Below, piece by piece: positions 1 through 11,656 of a stretch of 64,000 nucleotides of DNA. The stretch lies in assembly GCA_051530055.1 (NCBI GenBank), contig CM121342.1, forward strand, positions 14,709,480 through 14,773,479, read 5' to 3'. Both the position numbers and the translations under genes were made by a program. The stretch's first letter is position 1, and every line of letters starts with the position of its first letter. The stretch is from Neoechinorhynchus agilis. Lineage: Eukaryota > Animalia > Acanthocephala. The notes under the pieces are model-generated. The model did no database searches. It saw only the letters and a list, made by a program, of their open reading frames with translations, and was not told the DNA's origin.

Positions 1-1699
1 AATATTTTTATTAAAGAAGTTCTGCGAACCTCGTCGGGTTCATCGTTAGTTTGTTAGTTATAAAAAGAGTGTAGAAAAGCTTCAATAAAAAATTATTTAC
101 CGGGTGAAGACTTCTAATCATATACCTCGCGTGTCGACTTTTCACTTACTTTGTTTCAATAAGTTCTGCATTTTCGGATATGAGCTTATCAACTTCGTGT
201 GTCATTCCGTACAAGGACTTTTGAACTGACGAAAAGAAAGTTTAATAAGGGACCAAGTTTGACTTACTTGAGTTTTCATTGGAGTCACATAAAGAAGCTG
301 TTCCATCTTCAAAGGCGAATCTATACAAAACATAAGTGCTTGTATCAGTGTGAAAAAATACGTTCATCTTACTCGGATTCCTCATCAGTTCCATTGTAGT
401 TTTTCAATTCGGATTTGTCGAATTCTAAAAATGTAAGCTAAAGATATGTTCGATAGGACAGATTTCTCAAGTTCTACATTCAACATTGACAACAATTAGC
501 AATCTTTCTCGAACCTTTTATCGGTTTACATTTACGAACAGAATCAGCTTCAAGTTTGAATGCTTCATAACTTGAATCGTCAAATTCCATCGAAAGATTG
601 GCCAACACTTTAAAGCCTTCATGCAAACATCCATACATCGACGTTCATGCAGATAATATTGACAGAGGGCACTCACCGGAACCCAAGGGTGTCGTAGGAC
701 TCACTGATCCATCATTTACATGACTCCCATAACCCTTGGACGATTTAGGTAGCAAGGAACAAGATTCGGATCCAATAATGAAAGTAGAATCCAAACACTG
801 GCTTTGTCTAAATGTCCCAGCACCATTTATGTGCTCATAATGTTGCTTGAAAAGCTAAAAAGAATTTGCTTAGAGAAATTCTTTGCATACATACCTCTGC
901 GTATCGTTCCCTCAACTTCAAATGCGTTCTTTGAAGCTCTACATCTTTTTCCTCAAGTCGAACAACTATCTCAATTAGAGGTAAAATTGTGGCTAAAACT
1001 TAACCATTACCGTGATCATTCAAATTGCGTAATTTCACTTCATTGCTTTTAATCTTCATAACTAACTTTGCGATCTTTTCCTCGAAGGCACTTTTCTGAT
1101 CTTCGTTATAATCCTCTAATTGAACGTATTTCTAAATTGTTTTCAATTTTTGATTAATAAGTAGCGCAAAACTTCTTCGAGGATTACCTGATCAGCTAAT
1201 TGCTTCAGCTTAATTGCTCGTTGCCATTGAGTAAGTAGCTGCTCACGATCTTCCCTTAATAATTCATTATCGCTTTCCAAGTGCTGTTTATCCTGCCAAG
1301 CTGCGTCGAGAGATTCAAGTGCATTAATGACAAGTGAAAGGAGAACTCGGAAACTTTCCTCTCCATGTTGATTAATCACAGTTTCGAGTTCTTTATAAAT
1401 GGCTGAGGCTAAATGGCTCACTTTTTCACTCACATTATGGCCGCTACCAGTAAGACAATGGATTTCGATTCATAGGCACACTAGAATTCGACATCGATTG
1501 CATTAGCCGAGCCAAAAGAAGTAGTCGATATTGTTGAGCTCGATGAGATGGTCATATTCATTGGCAAGTGTTGTGATGGACTAGCTGCTGTCGTTGTGGT
1601 GGTGGTGGTGGTGGTGGATAAATTAACTGATGGAGTCGTATTGGCTGGCATTGGATCCGACGAAGATGCACATTCTTCAACGTTTTTGTTGTCGGCCAT
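1..1699 (-). CDS. MAPK8IP3: JNK-interacting protein 3/4 (sunday driver/unc-16 family), 5' part; multi-exon, continues beyond window start
   Basis: RH1 domain (VSEKVSHLASAIYKELETVINQHGEESFRVLLSLVINALESLD) and the leucine-zipper segment GMTHEVDKLISENAELIETK match JIP3/4. Exons join through canonical GT-AG introns, e.g. 38-nt gtgtgcc...ggtag and gtaatcc...atttag. JIP3 vs JIP4 not resolvable. Confidence 0.85.
1596..1617. repeat. (GGT)n microsatellite encoding poly-Thr in the JIP N-terminus
   Basis: gtggtggtggtggtggtggtgg seen directly; the ORF reads STTTTTTTT. Confidence 0.9.
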
Positions 1700-4671
1700 T
1701 TCTGAAACCTAATCAGAGGAATGACAAATGGCTTCCGATATGGAAAGCACCAAAGTTGAGGTCGGTAGAGGAACTCCGCATGGAAAACTATGTACACTTC
1801 TGTGCGTAGGCGAAAAAGCTGTTCTGATTGTGGTGTAGCAGACAGAGTGCTGTTCCTCTAAGGAAGTTTGAATAGAGTCTGGCATGGGTATCTGGAGGAA
1901 AAGGAAGATGATGTGAACAGTCTTGGTCTCACATTAACCTTTAAGTCTGATACACGCCGAAAACTACGATTTATTACGAGAAAAAGAACGAGAATTCTGC
2001 CTCTAAAGTGCTTCATTTGACGAAAAAACACACACGAGAAAACGGATTCTAATGGGAACGAATAATATGAGCAAATGGAGCTACACTACAAGAGAGAGCG
2101 ATCTGAGAATGATGCAAGGAAGTGGAAGTTTTTTTGTATAGATATACGCCTCCATACTACGCATTCGCCTCTACATACCGAGAAGTCCATGAGAAAGCGG
2201 TAAAGTGAGCATTTTCAAGACTCCCTAAAGGATTCAGTTTAATCAGTGCACTCTGTGCAGCTCGTAAATTGAGTGGTAGTGGCGGAAGCGAGAAAACAAA
2301 AGGGCGGAGTTATTTTACACACACAAAAAACCCCACTCTGTGACCCAATGAAGTAGTGAAGGCCAAATTCGATCAATGTATAAAAATTCGAGAAAAAAAG
2401 ATCATTTATGGGGAATATTTGTTCGTCTTCACAAACACACACACACATATTTCGATATTAGAAAAAAATTCAACAACGGAAAAAGTGCAATGGAAATAGT
2501 CCACTTTTCAACGAATTTCTATGTAGTAGAGGTAAATATTCACAGAAGTATAACAAATCCATTCTGAAACGATTTGATCAATATGCCGTTGAAGATGGTC
2601 CTTTGTGTAAATCTAGACGTGAAAAGCGATGGCTCTTAACGAGCCAACGGAGTTGCCCAGTTTTATTTAAGTGGAAAATCTATCTCTAGGCTTCATATAT
2701 TTAGAAATAATTGTTGTGTGTGCTTGATATTTAGACGAGATAATGTTTATAGGTATAATTTTGAGAAAAAATCCGAGTAGAAATCTTTTGAATAAGTAAT
2801 TTCGAATACTTATCTTGTTTTCTCTGGGTGATAAAATTCGACTTGGCATGAATGTTTTAGCGTCAATATCAATAACGGCCGCAAAACGCGAGAGCCAGGG
2901 TTTAAAAATTATGCAAAGTTATGATCCGAAAATCCTTGGAAACTTTTGACCGCCATAAAAACATTTTACTTGCCTTCATTTGCTTAAGCAGTTTGTCTAA
3001 CTTATAAGGACTTTTTTCGCCTTAAGAACTAGAAAAATGATCTTTAGCGAATCTAAGTTTATATCTTCCAACATTTATTAGACTAATCGAACCAAGCATC
3101 AACCAGTTTTCCTACTGACCACATAACGATTCGTTTACCACGGAGCGACATCAGTAATGAGCCACCCACTTAAGCCTTTTAAAACTCACTGTGATCTCCA
3201 ATTACTTGGTTTTTCACTTAATACCATTCAAAAAATCGTTTTATCGTTTAAAACCTCGCTTTGATGGCCTAAACAATAAATTGCGCATCGGTTCAATATG
3301 ATGAGTTGGATGAAAAAATTGTAGCTTGACAATCTTAATAGATTTGAGATTAAAGTCTGCTTAACAGCGGAATTATTATAGACAATTTACTTCTCCGTTT
3401 TTGGCTTCACAGATAAATTTTTATAGAAGACGAGAGCAGAAGGTGAATAATGCACCATTATATTCCTCCGAGAAATTCCGACTGAATTCCGGGATGAAAA
3501 TATATTGTATTCCTTATCATGGGTATCGTTAACAAAAATCTCATCACAACGAATACCGAAATAAAAAATACCTACCTATGGAACGTTTCTTAGAAATGCC
3601 ATTTTTAAGAACTTGGAAACGCGATTCTCACTTCCTACACCGCCTCACCGCATCCACCAACTCGCTGCTATTCGTCGTTATGTAGTGAGTGTTTACGTTG
3701 CATGGTGATTTTAGTGTAGAGGTAGCTGAGGCGTCAAGCGCAATTGTTTTTCGAGCTTTCCTCGCAATAAAGTTAGTGTTCCTATAGCTCTATTTAACAT
3801 GTGAGACAAAAAATTCAATTGTGTGCAAGCGCAGGAATTTTTCTATAGCGATTAAAAATCGTTATAGTTCTTTTGCTTAATGGTAGACGATATTTTATTG
3901 AACCAAATTTGCACGATATCTTCTCATATCTTTCTAAACCCGCAACTTCATTTGCTCATAAAATCAGCAAATCAATAGAAGTTTTCAGTATGTTGCAAAT
4001 TTATTGATCCTTACTTTTAAATAATATTTTACCATTTAGAACTAGAATATTCTTCGTTTCTTATAAGTTTCGTTTGGAAACTGAAAACCCTTAAAAAATT
4101 CCCATATCGTGATAATTTGTTGTTAATCTTCTAATTATTCGAAAGTTTAGAAAAAACTCAACTAACTATTTAAAATCTACCTGTGCAGAAGTAAAACAAG
4201 CAAATTTTTATATGGACCGAAATTAACGAGACAATAAATTTCAACCATTAAATGCCTTATGTTTTGTGATCATAAATATTCATTCTATATCCTATCACTG
4301 GCGATCCGAGATCACGATCATTCCTCCTGCAAAACATAAGTTTGACTGCGCAAATGGAAGGAACGCTGTATTCGTCATTTCGACCGTTACACCAGGACGG
4401 CAGCTCAGCGGTTCCAGAACCATGGTGGGAGTGTTTATAAAGAAAATTTGTAGAAAATGTTTAAGCATTAAATCGTTTTTTAGTAAATTCTTTTAAATGA
4501 ACCAGAGACTAAAAGCCCAAGTAAATTTTACCTTGCAATTTTTTTAAGAAAAAGAACACCTTTTAATATCGTTTTCCGTCAAGTCGTCTAAGCTACAGAC
4601 TACATTTGAGGAAGAAAAATTTTGTGCGTTAGGAAAGATCGTTCGACATTTTTATAGAAATTATCCCTGTT

Positions 4672-5475
4672 TCAAGAAAATACACTCCAGTACTTTAAAA
4701 ATAATTTATGTGGATAAAGAGCAGAAGAGATCTTTTTAGGTGGAATTTCCCAGAATTTATTTGTAGGATGAACTCCGTACATACGAACAACGTCGGTAAA
4801 AACATGGGCCATGGCAGCATCTACAATCGGGCGCATGATTCTCGCTCTCGTCGATAGAAAATAGTTCTCATAACAAGCGGACTCGCCATCCTTTTGAAAT
4901 CGAACTTCTGTTATCTTTTCCATTTCCATATCACGAATTCTTTCTTTAAGTTCATAAACATATTCTTTAAAATGATTGAACATGTTTTCTGTACTGTATT
5001 TCATTAGAACAATATCTTGTCCAAAAACCTGACAGTTGTTCGCAGGTATGGGAATTTCTCTCAAATATCGACCTCTGTGTTTCTTTTTTATCGCTTTCTT
5101 CAAGTCTTCAAGGTATTGAAATAGCCGTTTATAAGTTCGGTTATAAAAAACGGATTGTGCTTTTCGTTGATAAAATGAAGCCTCACAATCTATAAATGGC
5201 TTTGATGGCTTCAATCTCACAGGCATAGTTCTGTAATTTTCCGCCATTTCAGCAACGTAAGCCTTTGTAATATTGCGGCAATCAAAGTACCGTAAAATCG
5301 ATGGAGTGTAGTCTCGCCATTTTCCATTACAAATCGCTTCGTTCCGGTCCATTATGTAGGCGGTATCCGTATTGCGAGTCGCATGAAGGACCTGTATTTT
5401 CAAAAAGAATGCTTTAGAGAATCCAGAAATACTCACGAATTGAAAAACGAAAAAATCTGAGATTTCATCGCCCAT
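4672..5475 (-). CDS. Orphan protein (~253 aa after removing a probable in-frame 42-nt intron)
   Basis: 267-codon open frame with ATG. An in-frame gtgagt...aaatacag segment near the 5' end looks like a canonical intron. No family recognised. Confidence 0.55.
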   Translation of the reverse strand: MGDEISDFFVFQFVSISGFSKAFFLKIQVLHATRNTDTAYIMDRNEAICNGKWRDYTPSILRYFDCRNITKAYVAEMAENYRTMPVRLKPSKPFIDCEASFYQRKAQSVFYNRTYKRLFQYLEDLKKAIKKKHRGRYLREIPIPANNCQVFGQDIVLMKYSTENMFNHFKEYVYELKERIRDMEMEKITEVRFQKDGESACYENYFLSTRARIMRPIVDAAMAHVFTDVVRMYGVHPTNKFWEIPPKKISSALYPHKLFLKYWSVFS

Positions 5476-5564
5476 TGTTCATCAATTCATAGAGCGTAGA
5501 TGTATTATCAAATGCTGCCATGGTAACGTCCTAGCGAGACAGATACTCTAGGAATCACCAAAAG

Positions 5565-7190
5565 TTAAAGCTTGGCCGCATTCACAGTATTCAGGGCACG
5601 ACTAAGAATTGCGTTCACTTCGGCGTGTCGTGAGTACCTCCCGCCTGATTGCCGACAGACGAGACCACGACGCCCCGATGGTTCCACGGTCACTCCGTAA
5701 TGGCAGCGATGGGATGTGCACATCGGTACCCCAAGTCTCAGGGACCCTGCAATCCTTACTGTTTCGTCAGTGTACCCACAGAAGCGATTGGGATAGCATT
5801 CAGCCAATCACCCGATTCTCTTGTAGAGACAGCTGCCAATCGAATTCTGTTCACCAGGTCACGAGAATCTGAAATTAAAGAGTTATGAGTTCTCGCTACC
5901 AACGATGAGTCCAAACTGATTGTTTGCAACCGTTGACGGGGACCTTCTTGCTACCGGAATATTCACACCAAAGACTAACAGCGACTGAACTATTTCCCGG
6001 CTTACTTCATACGATCCCAAATAAGCTGGCAGAGAAATATCTTCTGCTTTTCGGTAAGGTTAGGACTCTTGACGTCAGGCCTCGTCCGACAGCTGAGTAT
6101 TTAAAATTTTCTCGAGAAAGGCTTTCACCGTCTCGTGTAATTTTTCCAGCTTATCCTTTTGTCTACAAAGAGGTGCTGTGCGAAGCTTATACAGCAATTT
6201 TGGAATGAAGAGGGTGTTCTTGATCGGGAACAGAGCCTCGTGTGAAGATAATTCATGCTTCCTAGAAGACTCAACCGGTCTAGAGTGATTAATTCTATCC
6301 CGGGGGCAGGTTCTAAAAATCTTTCACGATAGCACAAAACGTGGTTATTGAACAACAAACGCACTCCCATAGGCATCAGCGAAATAGCGAAATGCTTCTG
6401 GTGCGTGATCTCTAACTACTTCGAGCAAATCTGCTCGGTGAAGTGTGTTGAATGTATTTTTGAAATCACATTTCAAGATCACGCACGGCTTTCAGTTTTC
6501 GGTGATATAAGTGCGGAGTTAATGAACGATCGCCTCTGCACCACAAGATGTACATCAGCCCACAACTGAGTCGGGCGAAGCTGCATCTCTACCTCTTCAA
6601 CGATCCATTTATTTAAAATTTTTGCTGTCAAACATCGCAGAGTTGTTCCAAGCGTAAAGGGACGAATCCCCTTCCTTTTTCGCTAGGGTATACAGCGATA
6701 CACCGAAAAATAGCTCAATTGCTTTCGGAATCACCCCTTCCCCCCCTGCAAATTGGTCGAATAGACGTGCCAATGCATCTTCAAGGGACTGAGTAGCGTC
6801 ACCTACTAAAAATGAAGTCATATTTTTTAGGTATTGGGACCGGAGCCCGTCTAGCCCGTGAGCTGCTCCGTTGGCAAAAGAAGAGATTGCCATCTTCACT
6901 TCTGATTTCGATGATAAAACATAAGGGATCGTATCGAAGGACGAGGATACTTCGAAATACTGCCGACCGCCGTCACTCTGATGTTTGGAACGAAGAGTTC
7001 GTAAAGTTTCTTGGTTATCTTTGGCGACACTGTCCATTGATGATAAAAGGCGAACTGCTCCTCTAACATCTCAGTCTGCGATTTTCGAGGAAACGCGTTC
7101 AGCAAGCGATCTATTTGAATTGCGGCTGTGGTCAGGCTCCTTGACACGTTCTTTTCGTAGCTCGCATGCTGTCGAAAGTCATTGAGTAAA
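5565..7190 (-). mobile_element. Decayed CRE-clade (RLE-type) non-LTR retrotransposon
   Basis: Fragments across frames: DVRGAVRLLSS, GAAHGLDGLRSQYLK, FFGVSLYTLAKKEG, DFKNTFNTLHR, and C-terminal RLGVPMCTSHRCHYG...RHAEVNAILSRAL. Multiple stops and frameshifts. Confidence 0.8.
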
Positions 7191-7369
7191 ATTTTTTGTC
7201 AAACGAAAAATTTTCAATAAAAAAGTTCGACTGCAGTTCTAGCTCGTACAGTCAGTACACTTATACAGTATTTTTTACAAGTGAACGGCAAAATAAATGT
7301 ACTGTATTTCAATTCAATAAAATATGTTTTATCCGGGATTATAATCACCACAACTACAAATCAATTTAA

Positions 7370-8062
7370 TCATTCAAAAGCGTCGATATCATCAACAAAT
7401 AAAGATTCGTCTACATCAAGATCATCATCTTCATCGAATATGAGATCTTCGCCTTCCTTAATGTCAATATCTTCCTCCTCCTCGATAACCAAATGCTGTT
7501 CAAATAACTGCCTACCGGTCAATCTTCTTTCGAACTCCGCACTTTTGGACGAAGACAGAGACTCAGAACCCTTCAGTTCTGCCAAAAACTGTTCATTCCA
7601 CGCATTGAACGTTTCCGCAGTCACTCTCGTGCCTTCAAACTTAAGCATGGCTTGTCTTTGCTCTTCTTCGGATTTCCGTATCCGCTCTTCTTCCTTTACG
7701 GCTTCGATCTGGAACCTCTTATGAATGAACATATCCTCAATGTCACTGCATATTTGGTAGACCGCTTCGTGTCCCAAATACTTACGACCAATCGTCTCAG
7801 CACTCCGCTTCAGAGCAAAGAATTCGTGATCTTGTAGCAGATCATTTGGGCTCAGACGAATATCGGTTACAATTGCAGCTGATTCAGTCGGATATCCGTC
7901 TGGAAGGACGATATCGATTGAGACATTTCCAGAACCACTGTCCTTTTCATGCACAATAATCGTGAGCTGCGGTTCACCCTTTTCCGAATCAGGTCGCCTC
8001 TTAAAATCAGAATCAAACATGGATTCGAGAACCAATAACTCGTCTACAACTTCAGGTTTCAT
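7370..8062 (-). CDS. RWDD1: RWD domain-containing protein 1 (DFRP2/Gir2), intronless, ~230 aa
   Basis: N-terminal RWD (DELLVLESMF...LPDGYP), DFRP motifs EGTRVTAETFNAW and LTGRQLFE, and an acidic tail. ATG at 8062 follows ...gcttttag|aa. Confidence 0.85.
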   Translation of the reverse strand: MKPEVVDELLVLESMFDSDFKRRPDSEKGEPQLTIIVHEKDSGSGNVSIDIVLPDGYPTESAAIVTDIRLSPNDLLQDHEFFALKRSAETIGRKYLGHEAVYQICSDIEDMFIHKRFQIEAVKEEERIRKSEEEQRQAMLKFEGTRVTAETFNAWNEQFLAELKGSESLSSSKSAEFERRLTGRQLFEQHLVIEEEEDIDIKEGEDLIFDEDDDLDVDESLFVDDIDAFE

Positions 8063-8264
8063 TTCTAAAAAGCTAACCAGTCTAAAGGATTGTGACCAAA
8101 TCCGCAGCCAAACGCTAATTGACGACCGCTCCTTTGGTCTCGCTTCGGCTCTACGCTTATTCGTGGCTTGCTCAATCCTTGCGACATTCAAATTGGGTGC
8201 CAAGACGGACAAAACAGGAACCCACGGGCTTGACTTTATAAAAACGATAGCGCCACAGAATAGT

Positions 8265-8688
8265 GAATACTGTAAAAAGTAGACCTTTGGCAACGGCACG
8301 CATTCCCCCTCTTCTCGAGCTGGTCGGTTTGATCGGGAATGGCGGAAAAGAAAAATTCCGTGGGAAGAGGTCGTCTTCTTGGGGATTCACCTGCCCGAAT
8401 ACTCTAAAAAGTAGACCCTTGGCAACAGCAGGCATTTCACCTCTTCTCGAGCCGGTCGGTTTGAGCAAAAATGACGGAAAGGCTCCCTGGAAAACGGCAG
8501 TCTCCTTGGGGATTCACCTGCCAGAATAATCTAAAAAGTAGACCTTCGGCAACGGCAGGCATTCAACCTCTTCCTGAGCGGGTCGGTTTGAGCAGAAATG
8601 GCGGAAAAGGCTTCCCAGAAAAGGGCAGTCTCCTTGGGGATTCACTTGGCCGGATACTCTAAAAAGTAGACCTTTGGCAACGGCAGGT
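8265..8688 (+). repeat. ~128-bp tandem repeat (3.3 copies) derived from the CRE endonuclease region
   Basis: aaaaagtagacc recurs at 8274, 8406, 8533 and 8661. Units translate to LKSRPLATAGISPLLEPVGLSKNDGK, matching [30 protein letters not shown] of the CRE copy at 60.1 kb. Confidence 0.8.
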
Positions 8689-9944
8689 CGGAACAAAATG
8701 CACCGCAGAATTTTTAACTTCGGAAAATGGTCAGATAATTAACGATTCAGCAAGGGATTGTTGGATGCATTCTAGAGGCAATGGAGGATAAAGATGCGTT
8801 CCTTCATCGCCATAGGAATTCTTTTAGCTTAAATAAAATCAAAAAATCATCGAAAAATGCATAAATTCCGATAAATACTAGCGTTTCTCACCGTATTTAT
8901 CGCTTAAGCATTCTTAAAAAAGATTTCATCGTAGAGATCAACTCAAACGCGCCGCGAATTAATAAGAGTCATGGAGCGTTACATGAAGCGTTAGCCATGT
9001 CATTGATTTAATAGCAATTTATAGTCGTCTAAAACGTCTAACGCCATTTTGAGCTTTTCTTCCGAGTAAAGTTCATTGAATTACGCAAACTTTTTTGGAA
9101 CCTTTCCTCTGATAACAATGCGCCCGATAAGGCGAGGTTTCCTCTTTCGAAATATTTCATAATAAAGGAATCTTTACCACCATTCAATATTTACTATCCT
9201 ATCTTATTTTTGGAGATTAAGTTGTTCATATTGGTTGTTTTATATGGCGAAGAAACGAAAATGATTGTATTTTAAAATCCGATTTGTTTCGGAGGCACAA
9301 TTTTGTACGCATTTTGATAAAGGTTGTTACTTAGTAATAGACGATCATTTTAATTTCTTCGCCATAAAACAACCGATCATATCTACAATAAAATACCTAT
9401 TAACCGGGCTTATTATCACCAAAAAATTAGAAATTTACCGTCCCTAAAGATTTTCTTGGTATGATCGCCTTCATTTGCTCTTTTTTGTTTTAAAACATGT
9501 TACATAATGGGTTAAATTTTCAACAAATTTGAAATAAAGGACCACTTTAATCTCGTATTTTCACTAGAAAATTTTAAGATTGCCTGCATTTGAGTGTTAA
9601 CACATTAACTGAGCGTAATCGAATGTAGTATTTCATATTTTTTGTAGACCGCCATTAGTGTTTTTATATAGCTTGAAATTTGAATTTTTTAAGATATTCT
9701 ACATTTATAGAACTTTGGAAACAACCTTGATAAAGAAGGCGCAAGATTGTGCCTCCGATATCAATTTTTTCCCGCCATATAAAAAGAGCATGAACAATTC
9801 GATCTTTAAGCATTTCCATTGGTCTTTTGATAGATATTTTTTCCATACACGGCTGAGTGGACACACACAGTCCACCCCGATTTCGGTCTGGGAAGCGCTG
9901 GTCTGTGCTTAATGCCCAAGACCGTACGGTTATAAGCTTGTACA

Positions 9945-9985
9945 TTCCTCCGGATTCTCAGATACCTCCAGGAAGCGGGACTCAT
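9945..9985. repeat. Short dispersed repeat, second copy at ~55870-55905 in the Rubicon-like intron
   Basis: ctccggattctcagatacctcc vs ctccggatcctcagatacctcc. Family unknown. Confidence 0.5.
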
Positions 9986-10248
9986 CGGTGAGTTTCCTTC
10001 CTTCAACGAGGTATTTCGTGCCCTTTGGTTGTGCGTCATCAGCGATCTTGGATTCGAACCCGTTGACCCAAACTGGGATCAGGAGCATTAGTCCACTTTT
10101 TTTAGAAAGATCAAATAAATGTATTCAATCAATCTTCATTTCTCGACAATTAACACACTCACCACCTCCCGCCGAATTCCAGCTTTTGCACTTCCTCGAC
10201 CGTCGCCATCACGCTGGCAGCAGTCCACTTGACCACACATTGTTTCAG

Positions 10249-11656
10249 ATGATTCCGATCATGAATCCTGGTCGAAGTGAAGAAACCGACGAGGATCCGT
10301 GGTTTCTAATACCTCAATTGTTTTTACCGCAACTTCACAACTTACCGGCAGATGATGGCGATTGGCCGAGTGACCATTCAGATAAATCTTTAGAAACCAC
10401 ATCGTTGGTTGGCGATTGTGCCAATATTGAGAACGTAAACATTGAAATGAATGATGGAATCAGTGGTTTTGGTTTTTCGGAGCAAGTGGTTTTTAATCTA
10501 CTGCAAATGGGAATACGACGACCAACAGCTATTCAAACGCAGATTTGGAACGAGATTCGTACTGGATCACCGAAATCATTTCGCATTCTCGCTCAGGCTT
10601 GGAATGGTGCAGGGAAAACCCTTGCTTATTTGGTACCCATTTTCGGAATTCTCGAACGAGCTCAACAAAAATCCCAAGCATTATGCTTGGTTCCTACGGT
10701 TGAACTGGCTCATCAAATAGCTGATGTTGCGCAATGCGTAGGTAGGAATTTGATCGGTATTTCGATTTATGAGATGTCAGGCAAATGGCCTCCTAAGAAT
10801 CGCGGATCAAAGGAGATTCTGATTAGTACTTCCGGCCGGATTCAAGAAATAATGTCCAAAGAACTGATCGAATGGGACATGGTGAAATGTTTAGTTTTAA
10901 ATGACAAAAAACGGTCTCTTGTGAGAAAAGAGGTCGTTCTTTGTGAGAGATGAGGTCGACATGATGGTAACGATGCCAGGACATTATGAGATTTGTTTTA
11001 AAGTAATGGAAGCTTTACCTGATCAATGTTCCCTTCTATTTGTATCTGCTACGTTCACAGATTATGTGATTGAACGTGTAAAATGTCATGTCAAATATCC
11101 AGACGAATTAAAAGTGTTCGCACTAGACCGAAAAATGTCAATGAATCCTGAGACGACGCATTTGGAAATACCGTGTGCTTCTCGCGACGAAAAGTTGGAA
11201 ATATTGCGCTGCATCTTTGAACGAATTGTCGTTTCCAAATGCGTAATATTTTGCCGAACTCGTCAGTCGGCTCAATTTATTAAATGTGACTTTGAGCAAC
11301 AAGGTGTTAAAGATGTCGGAGTTTTAACTGGAAATAATTCGGTTATAGAGAGAATGGCGGCTTTAAACAAGTTCCGAGAATGTTTATGGAGAGTTCTTAT
11401 TACGACGAATATTTTGTCTAGAGGTATTAATCTAAGCGGCACCAATGTAGTGATCAATTACGATATTCCTACTCTCAATGAGCAGCCCGATCAGGTTGAT
11501 TACGACACATACTTGCATCGAGTTGGACGGGCTGCTCGAATCAACGGAACTGGACTTGTCATTAATCTCTCGGATCACGAAACAGGACTGACTGATCAAC
11601 TTCATGAATATTTTGGATTGAACATCGTCAAAACGAGTGTCTATGAACTTTGTTGA
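10249..11656 (+). CDS. DDX19/DBP5-like DEAD-box RNA helicase (divergent), split by a 49-nt hairpin insert
   Basis: Q motif PTAIQ, AWNGAGKT, PTVELAHQ, STSGRI, DEVD, SAT, IFCRTR, LITTNILSRGIN, VINYDIP...DYDTYLHRVGRAAR. The DYDTYLHR/VINYDIP context is typical of DDX19/25. ATG follows ttgtttcag. Confidence 0.75.
10900..10948 (+). other. Candidate non-canonical hairpin intron in the DDX19-like gene
   Basis: Removing 49 nt restores VKCLVL-DEVD. Arms 10904-10920 and 10928-10944 pair at 16 of 17 positions (2 G-U). Exact junction uncertain by 1-2 nt. Confidence 0.7.
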
